DNA of 63,736 bases, filler included, from Candidatus Fermentibacterota bacterium (GTDB lineage: Bacteria > JAFGKV01), in NCBI GenBank assembly GCA_016928395.1. It is 10 parts of 10 records of this genome, joined end to end, with 100 filler letters (N's around TTAATTAATTAA, not from the genome) between each part and the next. Parts side by side here need not be neighbours in the genome. Positions count along the whole stretch, not along the records: positions 9,608 to 24,469 come from JAFGKV010000304.1; 9 more parts are not named here. One strand, 5' to 3'. A model generated the notes under the pieces. That model was not told the origin of the DNA, did no database searches, and was given only the letters and a program-made list of their open reading frames with translations. The translations under genes were made by a program, and so were the position numbers. Shown in pieces: positions 10,364 to 23,396 of this stretch (positions are counted from its first letter, which is position 1; each line of letters begins with the position of its first letter).

Positions 10364-11371
10364 CTACGTCTCCGTCGCCGCCACCTCGTCCTCTCCGAGA
10401 AATGGCACAATATCCATTCCAAAGCTCAACCCGATCTCTTCCAGCATCTCGCTGATCTCGCTGAGAGATTTCCTGCCGAAGTTCTGGTATTTCAGCATCT
10501 CCTGTTCACTTTTCTGCACCAAGTCCGCCAAGGTCTTGATGTTTGCCTGCCTAAGGCAATTGGAGCTCCGCACGCTCAGCTCGAGCTCAGAGACGGGCCG
10601 CTTCAGGAGATCTCTCATCCGACGGCGCTTGATGTCGTCCCGTTCACTATCGAAATCCTCGTGCCGTCCGACTGTCGTGGCCAGAGTGAAGTGCTCAATC
10701 AAAACCTTTGCGGCCTCTACCAGACAATCCGAAGGAGAGAGGCTTCCGTCGGTCCACACTTCCATGATGAGACGGTCATAATCGGTCTTGTGCCCGACGC
10801 GGGCAGCCTCCACCGTAAAATTCACCCGAGTCACGGGCGAGAAGATGGCGTCGATGGGAATCACCCCGATGGCGTCAGTCGGCAGTCGATTCTCCTTCGC
10901 CTGCACGTAGCCTCTCCCATGATCCACCCGCAGTTCCATGTCGACCTTGCCGTCATCGGCGAGTGTCAGAAGGTGGAGGTCGGGATTCAGAATCTCAATG
11001 CTGTCATCACACTGGATGGACTCTGCCTTCACCGCGCCCGGACCGGAAGCCATGAGCCGCATGTCCTTGGGGCCTTCGCTGTCGAATCGCAGGCGGATCG
11101 TCTTGATGTTCAGGATGATCTCAGCCAAGTCCTCAACCACACCGGGCAGTGTGGTGAACTCGTGAAGAGCGCCCTCCACCTTCACAGCAGTGATGGACGC
11201 CCCAGGAAGTGCAGACAGCAGCACTCGGCGAAGTGCATTCCCTATGGTGGTCCCGAACCCACGCTCCATGGGTTGCATGATGAACTTGCCGTATCGCCGC
11301 GTGGCACCTTCGGGGACAAGCTCGATGTGCTTGGGCATCTGTAGCGGTTGGAGCTTCATACGATCACTCAC
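10364..11371 (-). CDS. rpoA: RNA polymerase subunit alpha
   Basis: PMERGFGTTIGNALRRVLLS, IPIDAIFSPV, ELELSVRSSNCL, NFGRKSL. Confidence 0.98.
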   Translation of the reverse strand: MSDRMKLQPLQMPKHIELVPEGATRRYGKFIMQPMERGFGTTIGNALRRVLLSALPGASITAVKVEGALHEFTTLPGVVEDLAEIILNIKTIRLRFDSEGPKDMRLMASGPGAVKAESIQCDDSIEILNPDLHLLTLADDGKVDMELRVDHGRGYVQAKENRLPTDAIGVIPIDAIFSPVTRVNFTVEAARVGHKTDYDRLIMEVWTDGSLSPSDCLVEAAKVLIEHFTLATTVGRHEDFDSERDDIKRRRMRDLLKRPVSELELSVRSSNCLRQANIKTLADLVQKSEQEMLKYQNFGRKSLSEISEMLEEIGLSFGMDIVPFLGEDEVAATET

Positions 11372-11408
11372 CTCACTTCAATGCAAACGCGCAAACGCGA
11401 CACGGACG

Positions 11409-12038
11409 CTACTTCGAGTATAGTTCAACGATCAACTGCTCGATCACGGGCGTGGGGATATCCACTCGCGCCGGAAGAGCGACAAGTTTTCCGGAGAAAC
11501 CGTGCTCGTCCAGCGAGAGATACTGAGCCAGATTCGTGCGATCCATCGACTGGACGGACTGCTGAACAAATGGGTTCGCTCGCGAAGACTCAATCACCGA
11601 CACTACATGGCCCGGCGACACCAAAAATGAGGGGATGGTGACTCGCCGACCATTCACGTGGATATGCCTGTGGCGTATGAGCTGCCGCGCAGCAGCCCTG
11701 GAAGGGGCGAAACCCAGACGATACACCACATTGTCCAGACGACGCTCCAGCACCCGAAGGAGATTCTCGCCGGTAACGCCCTTCTGTCGCGCAGCCTTCA
11801 TGAACGCACCATGAAACTGCTGTTCCAGCACCCCGTAGATTCGCTTCATTTTCTGCTTCTCGCGAAGCTGGGTACCGTATTCGCTCGTCCGCGGACGATG
11901 CTTCTGGTTTCGCTCACCCGGTGGATACGGCCGCCGCTCAATGGCGCATCGATCACTTAGGCATCGTCGTCCTTTGAGAAACAGTTTCGTTCCTTCCCGC
12001 CGGCAGAGCTTGCATGACGGTCCTGTATTTCTAGCCAT
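11409..12038 (-). CDS. rpsD: 30S ribosomal protein S4
   Basis: [37 protein letters not shown]. Confidence 0.98.
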   Translation of the reverse strand: MARNTGPSCKLCRREGTKLFLKGRRCLSDRCAIERRPYPPGERNQKHRPRTSEYGTQLREKQKMKRIYGVLEQQFHGAFMKAARQKGVTGENLLRVLERRLDNVVYRLGFAPSRAAARQLIRHRHIHVNGRRVTIPSFLVSPGHVVSVIESSRANPFVQQSVQSMDRTNLAQYLSLDEHGFSGKLVALPARVDIPTPVIEQLIVELYSK

Positions 12039-12065
12039 AGTTCGTCATACCCTCCCGTGCAGCCT

Positions 12066-12470
12066 TTAGACCCGTCGCCGTTTCGGCGGTCTGCACCCAT
12101 TGTGGGGGACCGAAGTGACATCTTTGATGGCCGTGATCTCCAACCCGGCGGCCTGAATGGCCCGGATGGCGGCCTCGCGACCGGCACCCGGCCCCTTGAC
12201 CCATATCTCGACTCGCTTCATTCCAAGTTCCACGGCCTCTTTCGCTGCCTGCTCTGCAGCCATCTGTGCGGCGAACGGCGTGCTCTTTCGGGAACCCTTG
12301 AACCCAACCTTGCCGCAGCTCGCCCACGTGACCACACCGCCTCTCGCATCTGTCACACAGACAATGGTATTGTTGAATGTAGAGTGGACATGGGCCACTC
12401 CGTTTACCTCGGTAACGCGTACACGCTTCTTCCGCGTCCTGCTACGCTTGGCGGTTGCCTCGGCTGCCAT
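12066..12470 (-). CDS. rpsK: 30S ribosomal protein S11
   Basis: [35 protein letters not shown]. Confidence 0.98.
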   Translation of the reverse strand: MAAEATAKRSRTRKKRVRVTEVNGVAHVHSTFNNTIVCVTDARGGVVTWASCGKVGFKGSRKSTPFAAQMAAEQAAKEAVELGMKRVEIWVKGPGAGREAAIRAIQAAGLEITAIKDVTSVPHNGCRPPKRRRV

Positions 12471-12479
12471 CTCCTCCTC

Positions 12480-12845
12480 CTACTTCCTTCGGCCGGCGGC
12501 CCGTTTGGGGCCTTTGCGGGTTCGCGCATTGGTGCGCGTCCTCTGCCCTCGAACCGGCAGGCCTCTGCGATGCCTGAAGCCTCGATAGCATCCGATGTCC
12601 ATCAGGCGTTTGATGTTCATTGTAGTCTCGCCTCGCAGCGCACCCTCGACCTTGTGCTCGGACTCTATGACGCCACGGAGTTTCGCGACCTGGTCTTCCG
12701 ACAGGTCCTTGACTCTGGTATCCGGCGATACTCCAGTCGTGCTGACTATCTTCCGCGAGGTAGTAGGCCCGATCCCATAAATATAGGTCAGCGCCACCTC
12801 GACACGCTTGTCTCGGGGCAGGTCAACGCCCGCAATTCTCGCCAC
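12480..12845 (-). CDS. rpsM: 30S ribosomal protein S13
   Basis: [43 protein letters not shown]. Confidence 0.98.
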   Translation of the reverse strand: MARIAGVDLPRDKRVEVALTYIYGIGPTTSRKIVSTTGVSPDTRVKDLSEDQVAKLRGVIESEHKVEGALRGETTMNIKRLMDIGCYRGFRHRRGLPVRGQRTRTNARTRKGPKRAAGRRK

Positions 12846-12895
12846 GCTTACACCTCATTCCCTTCGAGGCTCGATCCATGTCGTCGAATCATCGC

Positions 12896-13009
12896 CTATC
12901 CCTGCCGCTGCTTGTGGCGTGGGTTCTTGCATATGATCCGTACCGAACCCTTCCTTCGGACAATCTTGCAGTCCTTGCAGACTTTCTTCACACTGGCCCG
13001 TACCTTCAC
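12896..13009 (-). CDS. rpmJ: 50S ribosomal protein L36 (not in the ORF track; 37 aa)
   Basis: Manual translation from [40 protein letters not shown]. Confidence 0.96.
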   Translation of the reverse strand: MKVRASVKKVCKDCKIVRRKGSVRIICKNPRHKQRQG

Positions 13010-13024
13010 CGTAGGCTCCTCTCG

Positions 13025-13789
13025 CTAGGGCAGGGCCGTGTCCCAGCCCTTGGTCAGGATGTCGCCTCCGTGGGGAGTGACCGCCACGGTATGCTCGAAA
13101 TGCGCCGACAGCCCGCCGTCAGCAGTCACAACCGTCCACCCATCCCGCAGTGTTTTCACCTTGCCGGTTCCCGCGTTCACCATCGGCTCGATGGCGACAA
13201 CCATGCCTTCCATCAGGCGTCGGCCTCGAAACGGTCCGACGAAGTTGGGTACCTGCGGCTCCTCGTGTACATGATGGCCAACGCCGTGGCCAACCAAATC
13301 CCGTACCACGTGAAACCCGGCCATTTCGACCATATCCTGCACGGCGCGGGAGATGCTTCGGACCCAGTTGCCCGCCCGGGCTGCCTCGATCCCTTCATAC
13401 AATGCCCGTTTCGTCACCCGCAGGAGCTCCATGGCCTCGGGAGAAATCTCACCAACAGGCAGTGACAAAGCTGCATCCGAGTACAACCCCCTGTAGCGAA
13501 CGCCAACATCGATGGCCACGATATCGCCATCACGCAGAGTCCTGGAGCTTGGTATCCCATGCACAACCTCGTCGTTGACGGACACGCAGGAAGCCGCCGG
13601 AAACCCGTTGAACCCCTTGAACGATGGCTGTCCTCCGTGGGCGAGAATCACTCCCTCCACCTCGCGATTAATGTCTCGCGTGGTCACGCCAGGCGCCACC
13701 ATCGCCGCGGCCGCACGAAGAGCAGCACTGAGTATCTCACCACCGAACCGTATCGTATCGATCTCATCGGGTCTCTTGAGAAGAGCCAA
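13025..13789 (-). CDS. map: Methionine aminopeptidase type I
   Basis: SVNDEVVHGIP, GDIVAIDVG, GHGVG...HEEP, AIEPM, SAHFEHT. Confidence 0.96.
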   Translation of the reverse strand: MALLKRPDEIDTIRFGGEILSAALRAAAAMVAPGVTTRDINREVEGVILAHGGQPSFKGFNGFPAASCVSVNDEVVHGIPSSRTLRDGDIVAIDVGVRYRGLYSDAALSLPVGEISPEAMELLRVTKRALYEGIEAARAGNWVRSISRAVQDMVEMAGFHVVRDLVGHGVGHHVHEEPQVPNFVGPFRGRRLMEGMVVAIEPMVNAGTGKVKTLRDGWTVVTADGGLSAHFEHTVAVTPHGGDILTKGWDTALP

Positions 13790-13798
13790 GATGACCTG

Positions 13799-15108
<1,310 letters not shown>

Positions 15109-15112
<4 letters not shown>

Positions 15113-15570
15113 CGCGCCACCACCTCGACGCGGCCGCCGGCTGCCTCAATCATGCTTCGCGCCCCCGCGCTAAAGGCATGAGCCGCCACCGTGTACGCGG
15201 CCGTGAGAGGCCGAACTCCGGAAAGGATCTTTACGCGCACGTCCTTCTTCCCGCCAACGGTCACCAGGCCTGATTCCCGCAACTTCTTCACTGTCACGGG
15301 CTCATCAGGCGAGAACCGGAGGAGGTCATCGGTGTGAATGATGGCCGTCTCGACGCGAAAGATGTTTGTGAAGCCACGCTTGGGAAGCCGACGCTGCAGC
15401 GGCATTTGGCCGCCCTCATGCCATGTGGCCATGCCGCCGCCGGAACGGGAGTTCAAACCTTTGTTGCCTCGTCCCGCGGTTTTGCCATTGCCCGAACCAG
15501 GCCCCCTACCCTTGCGGAACTTGGGTTTCCGGGAGCCCGGCGCATACTTCAGGTTGCTCAGCTCATTCAT
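15109..15570 (-). CDS. rplO: 50S ribosomal protein L15
   Basis: [31 protein letters not shown]. Confidence 0.97.
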
Positions 15571-15754
15571 CCTCGATCTCCTGAACCTCGACCATGTGCT
15601 GCACCTTGTAGACCATGCCTCGGATCGCCGGATTGTCTGAATGGATTACCGTCCGGTTCATCCGGCGAAGGCCCAAGGCCTCCATCGTGCGCTTCTGATC
15701 CTCGGGTCGGCCAATCACGCTTCGCACTTGTCGTATCGCCAGCTTTCGCGCCAT
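15563..15754 (-). CDS. rpmD: 50S ribosomal protein L30
   Basis: [21 protein letters not shown]...[12 protein letters not shown]; operon position. Confidence 0.95.
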   Translation of the reverse strand: MARKLAIRQVRSVIGRPEDQKRTMEALGLRRMNRTVIHSDNPAIRGMVYKVQHMVEVQEIEDE

Positions 15755-15776
15755 TCCTATCTCTCCTCCGCCCCGA

Positions 15777-16355
15777 CTATGACGTCGCCGCGGGCTTCGA
15801 ACGCCGCTGTTCCCACTCGTGCTCGGTCAGCCCCAGGACCCTGGCGGGAGACAGGCCCCTACGGGTGCAGACCTGCGGAAGAGACCTGAGTTCGCTCAGG
15901 CCCTGCATGCAGGCCTTCACCACATTCTGAGGATTCCGTGTGCCAAGGCATTTCGTCAGGATATCCTTGACGCCGGCCATCTCCAGTACCGCACGCACGG
16001 CCCCCCCCGCGATTACGCCCGTACCAGGCGCCGCCGGCTTCAGCAGCACGATGCCCGCACCGAATCTCCCCACGACCTCGTAGGGGATAGTCCCCCGGAC
16101 GAGTGGCACCCGCATCATTGACTTGCGGGCTGTCTCGTTGGCCTTCCGGATGGCCTCGCTTATCTCATTGGCCTTGCCGAGCCCGATACCCACTTGTCCC
16201 ATACCATCGCCGACTGCGACGATGGCGTTGAAGCTGAACCTGCGGCCACCCTTGACCACCTTGGCGACCCGGTTGATGTGAACGATCCGTTCGTTCAGAT
16301 CCGACTCTTGTTCGGTCTGCGTCAAATGGAATCCCCTTGCATATTCTGCGCTCAT
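15777..16355 (-). CDS. rpsE: 30S ribosomal protein S5
   Basis: [35 protein letters not shown]. Confidence 0.97.
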   Translation of the reverse strand: MSAEYARGFHLTQTEQESDLNERIVHINRVAKVVKGGRRFSFNAIVAVGDGMGQVGIGLGKANEISEAIRKANETARKSMMRVPLVRGTIPYEVVGRFGAGIVLLKPAAPGTGVIAGGAVRAVLEMAGVKDILTKCLGTRNPQNVVKACMQGLSELRSLPQVCTRRGLSPARVLGLTEHEWEQRRSKPAATS

Positions 16356-16357
16356 CG

Positions 16358-16735
16358 TCAGAACTCCAGAAGGCCGCCCTCGCGAGCCCCCTCGGCCAGC
16401 GCCTTCACGCGGCCATGGTAGCGGTAGCCTCCTCGATCGAAGACCACCTTCGTGATGCCGGCAGCACGAGCCCGCTCGGCGAGTATACGGCCAACTATCT
16501 TGCTCTTCTCCACATGCCCCTTCGCGTCGCGCAGCAGTTCGCTCACCTCATGAGCGGTCGTGGTCACCGCACAGAGCGTGTGGCTCTTGGAATCATCAAC
16601 AATCTGGGCACTGATGTGCCGGTTGCTGCGGAACACGCAGAGTCTCGGGCGCTCCGAGGATCCGGTGACGTGTTTGCGGACGCGCTGGTGACGCCGGGTT
16701 CGCTGGAGCCCTTTCAGCATGTCTCGGTCACTCAT
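16358..16735 (-). CDS. rplR: 50S ribosomal protein L18
   Basis: [38 protein letters not shown]. Confidence 0.97.
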   Translation of the reverse strand: MSDRDMLKGLQRTRRHQRVRKHVTGSSERPRLCVFRSNRHISAQIVDDSKSHTLCAVTTTAHEVSELLRDAKGHVEKSKIVGRILAERARAAGITKVVFDRGGYRYHGRVKALAEGAREGGLLEF

Positions 16736-17274
16736 GTTCTGGCCCCACCCTTTCCGGCCTTCCTCCTGACATGTTCACCTCGAAAACGAACGCCTTTACC
16801 GGTATACACTTCCGGCGTTCGGAACGAGCGGATCTTCGCCGCAGTCAGGCCAACCACTTCCTTGTCGATACCCGTCACCCTCAGCTCCGTGGGCGATGCC
16901 ACCACGACAGTGACTCCTTCGGGAGGAATGAAGAAGATAGGGTGTGAATACCCCAGTTCCAGCACGATGCCCTTCCCCTCGGCCCGTGCCCGGTACCCTA
17001 CACCATCGATCTCCAGAGTCCTCTCGAACCCCTTGCTCACGCCATCAACCATGTTCTGCAGCAATGCACGCAGAGTTCCATGGAGCGCACGATCCATCTT
17101 GCTATCTGACCCTCGCCTCACCACGACCTCAGACTCGCTCAGATCCAGGCTGATAGATGCGGGCAGCCGTCGACGTAACGCACCTTTGGGACCGGACACC
17201 TCGACTATGTCCTCATTCCACTTCACGCGTACGTCCGGTGGCACCGCGATCGGAAGCTTGCCAATTCGCGACAT
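16732..17274 (-). CDS. rplF: 50S ribosomal protein L6
   Basis: [28 protein letters not shown]. Confidence 0.97.
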   Translation of the reverse strand: MSRIGKLPIAVPPDVRVKWNEDIVEVSGPKGALRRRLPASISLDLSESEVVVRRGSDSKMDRALHGTLRALLQNMVDGVSKGFERTLEIDGVGYRARAEGKGIVLELGYSHPIFFIPPEGVTVVVASPTELRVTGIDKEVVGLTAAKIRSFRTPEVYTGKGVRFRGEHVRRKAGKGGART

Positions 17275-17282
17275 GGCGCCCC

Positions 17283-17681
17283 CTACCAGATCCTGCACAC
17301 GACTTCGCCACCAACACCAAGACGGCGAGCCTGCTTGTCGGTAACCACTCCGCGGGATGTGGAGATGACTGCGATCCCGAATCCACCGGCGACGCGGGGG
17401 ATGTGGTTCTTGCTCACATACGCCCGCAGCCCGGGCGTCGAGACTCGCTCGATGCCGGTGATGGCATTCTGTCCCTTGTCGAGATACCGGAGATACACCC
17501 TGAGTATTCCTTGCTTCTCGTCCTCAATCACGCGGAAATTGCTCACGAAACGCTCATCCTTGAGAATCTTGACGATGTCAAGTTTCATCTTCGAGGATGG
17601 CATATCGACGCTCCGATGCTGGGCATGGGCCGCATTCCTTATGCGGGTCAACATGTCCGCGATTGGATCCGTCATGCTCAT
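17283..17681 (-). CDS. rpsH: 30S ribosomal protein S8
   Basis: MTDPIADMLTRIRNA, STSRGV, GVGGEV. Confidence 0.98.
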   Translation of the reverse strand: MSMTDPIADMLTRIRNAAHAQHRSVDMPSSKMKLDIVKILKDERFVSNFRVIEDEKQGILRVYLRYLDKGQNAITGIERVSTPGLRAYVSKNHIPRVAGGFGIAVISTSRGVVTDKQARRLGVGGEVVCRIW

Positions 17682-17697
17682 CGACTGACCATCCCTC

Positions 17698-17883
17698 CTA
17701 CCAACTCGCCTTCACGACACCGGGGATCTTTCCCTCCAGTGCCAGATCTCTGAAACAAATCCGGCACAAACCAAATCGACGGTAGTATGCTCTCGCCCTC
17801 CCACACCGGGCACACCTGGTGTAGCCACGGACCTTGTACTTCGGTGGGGTCTTCATCTTCTCGATGAGCGCTTTTCGTGGCAC
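17698..17883 (-). CDS. rpsN: 30S ribosomal protein S14, type Z (zinc-binding)
   Basis: 61 aa; RCARCGR...FGLCRICFR...IPGVVKASW. Confidence 0.96.
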   Translation of the reverse strand: MPRKALIEKMKTPPKYKVRGYTRCARCGRARAYYRRFGLCRICFRDLALEGKIPGVVKASW

Positions 17884-17904
17884 GTATACCTCCCTGCCCT
17901 ACCG

Positions 17905-18498
17905 CTACGCGGTGGGCACGTCTCCACCGCTCTCCCCGGACAGACCGCCGGGCTTCCGGCCGCGGAAAGGGACGCCAAGTTCCGTCAGAAGCTCAATTGC
18001 CTCCTCGTCAGTCTTCGCGGTGGTCACCATGGTGATGTTCAGGCCGCGGATCTTGTCGATCTTGTCATAATCGATCTCCGGAAAGATGACCTGCTCGCTG
18101 ATTCCCATGCTGTAGTTCCCCCTGCCGTCACAGGAGCGATCGGATAATCCGCGAAAATCTCGCACCCTTGGCAACGCAACACTCACAAGGCGGTCAAGAA
18201 ACTCCCACATCCGGGCTCCGCGCAGGGTTACCATACAGCCGATCTTCATGCCGGTACGCAGCTTGAAGGTAGCGATGGACTTCTTTGCCGTCGTCACTTT
18301 CGGCTGCTGCCCCGTGATCGTACGAAGATCGACGACTGCGGCGTCAAGCTGCTTTGCGTCCTGAATCGCCTCTCCTACACCAATATTGACCGCTATCTTC
18401 TTCAATCGTGGCACCTGGAGGGCATTCTCGTAGCCAAATTTCTCCATGAGATGCGACACGACAGTTTTCTCATAATGCTCCCGGAGCCGTGGCACCAC
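17905..18498 (-). CDS. rplE: 50S ribosomal protein L5
   Basis: [44 protein letters not shown]. Confidence 0.97.
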   Translation of the reverse strand: MVPRLREHYEKTVVSHLMEKFGYENALQVPRLKKIAVNIGVGEAIQDAKQLDAAVVDLRTITGQQPKVTTAKKSIATFKLRTGMKIGCMVTLRGARMWEFLDRLVSVALPRVRDFRGLSDRSCDGRGNYSMGISEQVIFPEIDYDKIDKIRGLNITMVTTAKTDEEAIELLTELGVPFRGRKPGGLSGESGGDVPTA

Positions 18499-18508
18499 CC
18501 TACACCTC

Positions 18509-18889
18509 CTATTGGCTCAGCATCTCGCCCGAACGCTTCACGAAGCGGACTCGCCGGCCATCCGCCAGGTGCTTTCTTCCGACTCTCTCGCGCCGGTCAT
18601 CAACCACCAGGGCAACGTTGGAGATGTGAACGGGCGCCTCCTTCTCAATAATGCCACCTTGCTGGTTCTTCTGACTCGGCCGCGTGTGCCTCTTCATGAA
18701 GTTGACCTTCTCGACCACGACACGTTGCTTCGCGGGAATGACCCTGAGCACCTTGCCACGTTTGCCCTTGTCATCGCCGCTTATTACCTGAACAGTATCT
18801 CCCTTGCGAATGAGCGGTGAACTCGTACCCCGACGCGTGGTCGCTCCACCCTTGGGAGCAAGACCCAACCCTTCGTTTCGCTTTTTCAT
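18509..18889 (-). CDS. rplX: 50S ribosomal protein L24 (possible N-terminal extension; start uncertain)
   Basis: [36 protein letters not shown]. Confidence 0.95.
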   Translation of the reverse strand: MKKRNEGLGLAPKGGATTRRGTSSPLIRKGDTVQVISGDDKGKRGKVLRVIPAKQRVVVEKVNFMKRHTRPSQKNQQGGIIEKEAPVHISNVALVVDDRRERVGRKHLADGRRVRFVKRSGEMLSQ

Positions 18890-19257
18890 CACAACACCTC
18901 CGGAGCCAGCGACACGATCTTCATGAACCGCTTGTCGCGGAGTTCCCTGGCCACCGGACCAAAAATGCGAGCAGCAGTCGGCTCCCGTTGTTCATTGATC
19001 AGCACTGCGGCATTGTCGTCGAACCGTATGTAGCTTCCGTCCCTTCGACGAAACTCCTTCTTCGTCCTCACCACCACCGCCTTGGCGACCGATCCCTTCT
19101 TCACATTGGAATTGGGAATCGCGGACTTGATGGCAACGACAATGATATCGCCGACCCGCGCGTACCGTCTACGTGTGCCCCCGAGAACTCGGATGCACTG
19201 GCCGGTCTTTGCACCGGAATTGTCCGCGATGGTGACCCACGTCTCTTGCTGAATCAT
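18889..19257 (-). CDS. rplN: 50S ribosomal protein L14
   Basis: [33 protein letters not shown]. Confidence 0.98.
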   Translation of the reverse strand: MIQQETWVTIADNSGAKTGQCIRVLGGTRRRYARVGDIIVVAIKSAIPNSNVKKGSVAKAVVVRTKKEFRRRDGSYIRFDDNAAVLINEQREPTAARIFGPVARELRDKRFMKIVSLAPEVL

Positions 19258-19259
19258 GG

Positions 19260-19517
19260 CTACTTGGCCCTTTCGAGTATCTCAAGCAGACGCCACCGTT
19301 TGGTCTTGCTGAGCGGCCGGGTTTCGACAATCCGCACACGATCGCCCATCTGACCTTCGTTGTTCTCGTCGTGGGCCGCGAACACCTTCTTGGTGCGAAG
19401 TTTCTTCCCGTACACCGGGTGGCTGAAGAGACGCTCGACCTCAACCCGAATGGTCTTGTCGGCTTTGCTCCCAACCACCATGCCCTCACGGATCTTCTTG
19501 TTTCCCTTGCCTTGCAT
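19260..19517 (-). CDS. rpsQ: 30S ribosomal protein S17
   Basis: [25 protein letters not shown]. Confidence 0.97.
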   Translation of the reverse strand: MQGKGNKKIREGMVVGSKADKTIRVEVERLFSHPVYGKKLRTKKVFAAHDENNEGQMGDRVRIVETRPLSKTKRWRLLEILERAK

Positions 19518-19531
19518 AGGTTTCCTCGCTC

Positions 19532-19774
19532 TCAGGACCGGGAGTCACCCGGTGTCCCGGACAGCGCGCGCCGCCCCCGGTCTACACCAAGGTGCCGCTC
19601 GCGCCGAACCGTGACGGCTCGCGCCAGATTTCTCCTCGTGACCCGCAGCATCATTGGATTATCCAACTGCCGGGTCGTGTGCCGGAAGCGAAAGTTGAAG
19701 AGCTCTTCCCGGAGCTCGCGGATCTTGTTCTCCAACTCCCCGTCCGAGAGTTCTCTCAGTGCATCCACCTTCAT
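19532..19774 (-). CDS. rpmC: 50S ribosomal protein L29
   Basis: LRELSDGEL...ELFNFRF...RRNLAR; position between rplP and rpsQ. Confidence 0.93.
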   Translation of the reverse strand: MKVDALRELSDGELENKIRELREELFNFRFRHTTRQLDNPMMLRVTRRNLARAVTVRRERHLGVDRGRRALSGTPGDSRS

Positions 19775-19778
19775 GACA

Positions 19779-20198
19779 TCACCACCCAAGGTCCTGCCTG
19801 CCCACGACCTTGGCCTTGAGAGGCAGCTTGGATGCCGCCAGCTCGAGCGCGGATCGGGCCAGATCTTCGCTTACACCTTCAATCTCGAACATGATTCTCC
19901 CCGGTCGCACCACCGCTACCCAGAACTCCGGTGCTCCCTTGCCCTTGCCCATGCGTGTCTCCGCCGGTTTGAGTGACACCGGTTTGTCCGGAAAGATGCG
20001 AATCCAAACCTTGCCGCCGCGACGCATCCTTCGGGTGACCGCCACGCGGGCGGCCTCAATCTGTTTGCTGGTTATCCACGCGGGCTCCAAGGCCTTCAAG
20101 CCGTACTCGCCAAAATCCAGGCTGCTGCCACGAAACGCCTTGCCTCGCATCCTGCCGCGCTGCTGCTTCCGGTACTTGACACGACTGGGGGCTAACAT
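19779..20198 (-). CDS. rplP: 50S ribosomal protein L16
   Basis: [41 protein letters not shown]. Confidence 0.97.
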   Translation of the reverse strand: MLAPSRVKYRKQQRGRMRGKAFRGSSLDFGEYGLKALEPAWITSKQIEAARVAVTRRMRRGGKVWIRIFPDKPVSLKPAETRMGKGKGAPEFWVAVVRPGRIMFEIEGVSEDLARSALELAASKLPLKAKVVGRQDLGW

Positions 20199-20200
20199 AC

Positions 20201-20929
20201 CTACCCGTCCTCTCCTGGCTGTTCCACGACGGAAACCCGCTCTTTCACCGGCCGCTCCCCGCCGGCATTTTCGTGTCGGCCTTCGCCCCGGCCCGTCCTT
20301 TCGTCGTCGCGAAACTCGCCACGGTGAATCCACACCTTGACACCCACAGATCCATGGGTCGTCTGTGCCGTCGAACGCGCAAAATCGATATCAGCCCGGA
20401 GAGTATGAAGGGGCACACGCCCCTCGCGGTACTGCTCCTGGCGCGCCATATCGGAGCCGCCCAGACGGCCCCCCACCACCACGCGGACTCCCTCGGCACC
20501 CATTCGCATGGCGGACGCAATGGCCCGTTTCATGGCCCTTCGGGACGAGACACGCTGTGTTATCTGGCGGGCTATGCTCTCGGCGACAAGTTGAGCGTCA
20601 ATCTCAGGAACCTTCACCTCAACGATGTTGATGTAGATTTCCTTGCTCGTAATGTGCTTCAGCTCATCACGAAGGCGATCCACCTCCGCTCCCTTGCGCC
20701 CGATGATGACGCCCGGCCGGGCAGTGTGGATATTGACCGTCACACGGCGAGGAGCGCGTTCGATCGACACTTTCGAGATGGATGCCCGCTCCATACGCCG
20801 GAACACATACCGCCGGATCATCAGGTCTTCGGCAAGAAGGTCTCTGTAATCGCGCTCAGCGTACCACAGCGAATCCCATGTGCGCGTTACGCCGAGACGG
20901 AAGCCAAATGGATGCGTCTTCTGACCCAA
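20201..20929 (-). CDS. rpsC: 30S ribosomal protein S3
   Basis: [36 protein letters not shown]. Confidence 0.98.
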   Translation of the reverse strand: MGQKTHPFGFRLGVTRTWDSLWYAERDYRDLLAEDLMIRRYVFRRMERASISKVSIERAPRRVTVNIHTARPGVIIGRKGAEVDRLRDELKHITSKEIYINIVEVKVPEIDAQLVAESIARQITQRVSSRRAMKRAIASAMRMGAEGVRVVVGGRLGGSDMARQEQYREGRVPLHTLRADIDFARSTAQTTHGSVGVKVWIHRGEFRDDERTGRGEGRHENAGGERPVKERVSVVEQPGEDG

Positions 20930-20976
20930 GAGTCAACTCCCTCTGATCGTCCTCACCGCTCGACGAGCCGGGTGAA

Positions 20977-21324
20977 TCATTCCTTGACCGCCACTTCCAC
21001 ATGGAGGTGGCTCGTTCTCTTCCGGATTCGAAATGCACGACCCCGAGACTGGGGACGGAACCGTTTCATCGTGGGACCGCCGTCGACCCAGACGCGGGAG
21101 ACGAACAGGTCTTCGACGTCAAGCTTGCCTGAGCCTTCCTGATTGAGTGCATTCGCCGCAGCCGAACGCACGACCTTGTTCAACACGCGGCCCGCACTCC
21201 GATTGCAGAACTCAAGAGCCCCCGTTGCCTCTTCGACCCCCTTGCCCCGAATGAGATCCGCAACCTGTCGCGCCTTCCGCGGTGACATCCGCACAAACCG
21301 GGCACACGCCGAGAATGTTGCCAT
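20977..21324 (-). CDS. rplV: 50S ribosomal protein L22
   Basis: [33 protein letters not shown]. Confidence 0.97.
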   Translation of the reverse strand: MATFSACARFVRMSPRKARQVADLIRGKGVEEATGALEFCNRSAGRVLNKVVRSAAANALNQEGSGKLDVEDLFVSRVWVDGGPTMKRFRPQSRGRAFRIRKRTSHLHVEVAVKE

Positions 21325-21333
21325 GAAACCTCC

Positions 21334-21618
21334 TCACCGCGGAGCGGTGCGTCGTTCGCTCTTGCCCGCGTGACCCCGGAAGGTCCGCGTGGGAGCAAAC
21401 TCGCCCAGCTTGTGCCCTACCATATTCTCTGTGATGTAGACGGGCACGAAGTTCTTGCCGTTATGAATGGCGAATGTATGGCCCACAAACTCCGGCGGAA
21501 TCGTACAGTCGCGCCGCCAGGTCTTGATCACCCGCCTCTCTCCTGACCGGCCCATGAGCGTGACCTTGGATTGGAGCTTTGGATCTACGAACGGGCCCTT
21601 CTTCAGCGAACGTCCCAT
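21334..21618 (-). CDS. rpsS: 30S ribosomal protein S19
   Basis: [27 protein letters not shown]. Confidence 0.97.
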   Translation of the reverse strand: MGRSLKKGPFVDPKLQSKVTLMGRSGERRVIKTWRRDCTIPPEFVGHTFAIHNGKNFVPVYITENMVGHKLGEFAPTRTFRGHAGKSERRTAPR

Positions 21619-21631
21619 ACCTCCTCCTCGC

Positions 21632-22453
21632 CTAGCCTCTGCGTCGGACGATGAGCGAATCAGACGGTTTTGACCGCCGTGTCCGGTATCCCTTGGTGGG
21701 TTTTCCCCAAGGAGTGCAAGGGTGCCGACCGCCCGAACTCTTCCCTTCACCACCGCCCATGGGATGATCGACAGGGTTCATGGCGACGCCCCGAACGCTG
21801 GGTCGACATCCCATCCACCGAGCCTTGCCTGCCTTACCCCAGACGATGCTCTCGTGCTCGGCATTGCCGACTTGCCCCACAGTGGCACGACATTCCAGAC
21901 GGACGAGTCGCACTTCTCCCGAAGGAAGTCGCAGGTGGCCGTGTGTGCCTTCCTTGGCCACGAGCTCAGCGGATGTGCCTGCACTTCTGGCCATTTGGGC
22001 GCCTCGTCCAGGCTGCAACTCGACCGCGTGGACAACTGTTCCCAGCGGCATGACGCCTAACGGCATGCAGTTGCCGATCTTGACCTCACCCGCCGCATCG
22101 GACACCACGGTATCCCCCACCGAAAGGCCGGTAGGAGCAAGAATGTAGCGTTTCTCTCCGTCTCGATAGTGCAGAAGAGCAATCCTCGCCGACCGATTGG
22201 GATCATATTCCACGGCGGCGACCCGTGCAGGGATACCCTCTTTGTCCCGTCGAAAATCCACCCGTCGCAATGCCCGCTTGTGGCCACCGCCACGATGTCG
22301 GACCGTGACACGCCCCCTGTTGTTGCGACCACCCGTGGATCGCTTTGATGAGGTCAGAGACTTCTCACGATCGGTACGGGTGATGTCCGAAAAGTCAGAC
22401 ACCGTGCGGTACCGCATTGAAGGGGTCGTTGGCCTGTACCGTTTGATGCCCAT
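21632..22453 (-). CDS. rplB: 50S ribosomal protein L2
   Basis: [29 protein letters not shown]. Confidence 0.98.
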   Translation of the reverse strand: MGIKRYRPTTPSMRYRTVSDFSDITRTDREKSLTSSKRSTGGRNNRGRVTVRHRGGGHKRALRRVDFRRDKEGIPARVAAVEYDPNRSARIALLHYRDGEKRYILAPTGLSVGDTVVSDAAGEVKIGNCMPLGVMPLGTVVHAVELQPGRGAQMARSAGTSAELVAKEGTHGHLRLPSGEVRLVRLECRATVGQVGNAEHESIVWGKAGKARWMGCRPSVRGVAMNPVDHPMGGGEGKSSGGRHPCTPWGKPTKGYRTRRSKPSDSLIVRRRG

Positions 22454-22457
22454 GCTA

Positions 22458-22748
22458 TTACACTCCCTCGAAGAAGCTGATGGTCTGCCCCTTCTCCACC
22501 GTGATTATCGCCTTTTTCCAGTCGCGCCGGCGACCCTCCGCCAGGCGGACGCGGCGGGGTTTCCCCCGCACATGCATCACACGGACAGAGGTCACAGTGA
22601 CGCCAAAGGCATCCTCAACCGCAGCTCGAATCGCTCCCTTGGTTGCACGCCGGTCAACTTCGAAGCTATACTTGTTTTCGATTTCGCGCTGCCTATTGCT
22701 GCGCTCGGTGAGCAGGGGACGTCGAAGGATTCCCCATGGTGTCCTCAT
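22458..22748 (-). CDS. rplW: 50S ribosomal protein L23
   Basis: [21 protein letters not shown]. Confidence 0.95.
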   Translation of the reverse strand: MRTPWGILRRPLLTERSNRQREIENKYSFEVDRRATKGAIRAAVEDAFGVTVTSVRVMHVRGKPRRVRLAEGRRRDWKKAIITVEKGQTISFFEGV

Positions 22749-23371
22749 CCCGCACTCCTTTGTTCCAGACGCTCCAGCGCATCCACCGTCATGACCAGCT
22801 TCTCGGAGCGGAGAACACGATATGTATTCAAGCTGTCAGCCAGCGCCATATCCAGCGTCGGGATATTGCGGCCCGACATGATCGCGGAGAGATCGCGGTC
22901 ACCGATGACCAGGAGAGTCTTTCGATCACCAACACCCAACGCTGCGAGGGCGTGGGCCATGCCTTTGGTGCGGGGCTTGTCGAACGAAAGCCGGTCCACC
23001 AGAACCAGATCGCCGGCTGCGGCCCGAAGCGACAGCGCGGCCCGGAAAGCCTGGCGGCGCGCTTGTCGGTTCATCTTCAGGTTGAATGGGCGGGGCTTTG
23101 GACCGAAAGTAGTGCCGCCGCCAACCCAGATCGGGGAACGGAAGGTTCCTGCACGGGCCCGCCCTGTGTGCTTCTGCCTCCACGGCTTACGGTTAGAGCG
23201 AGAGACTTCGCCGCGGGTCTTCGTACATGCCGTGCCCGTGCGCTGGTGCGTCATATAAACCCTCACTGCTTCATGGAGAATGTGAGGGTCGACGAGAACG
23301 CCGAAGACGCCGTCATCGAGTGCGCGCTCGCCCACGACACCTCCGTCCTGATTGTAGACATTTACGGTCAC
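22745..23371 (-). CDS. rplD: 50S ribosomal protein L4
   Basis: TKTRGEV, KPWRQKHTGRARAG, GGGTTFGPKPR. Confidence 0.97.
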   Translation of the reverse strand: MTVNVYNQDGGVVGERALDDGVFGVLVDPHILHEAVRVYMTHQRTGTACTKTRGEVSRSNRKPWRQKHTGRARAGTFRSPIWVGGGTTFGPKPRPFNLKMNRQARRQAFRAALSLRAAAGDLVLVDRLSFDKPRTKGMAHALAALGVGDRKTLLVIGDRDLSAIMSGRNIPTLDMALADSLNTYRVLRSEKLVMTVDALERLEQRSAG

Positions 23372-23396
23372 GTTGGCTTCCTCCCCATGGGCAGTG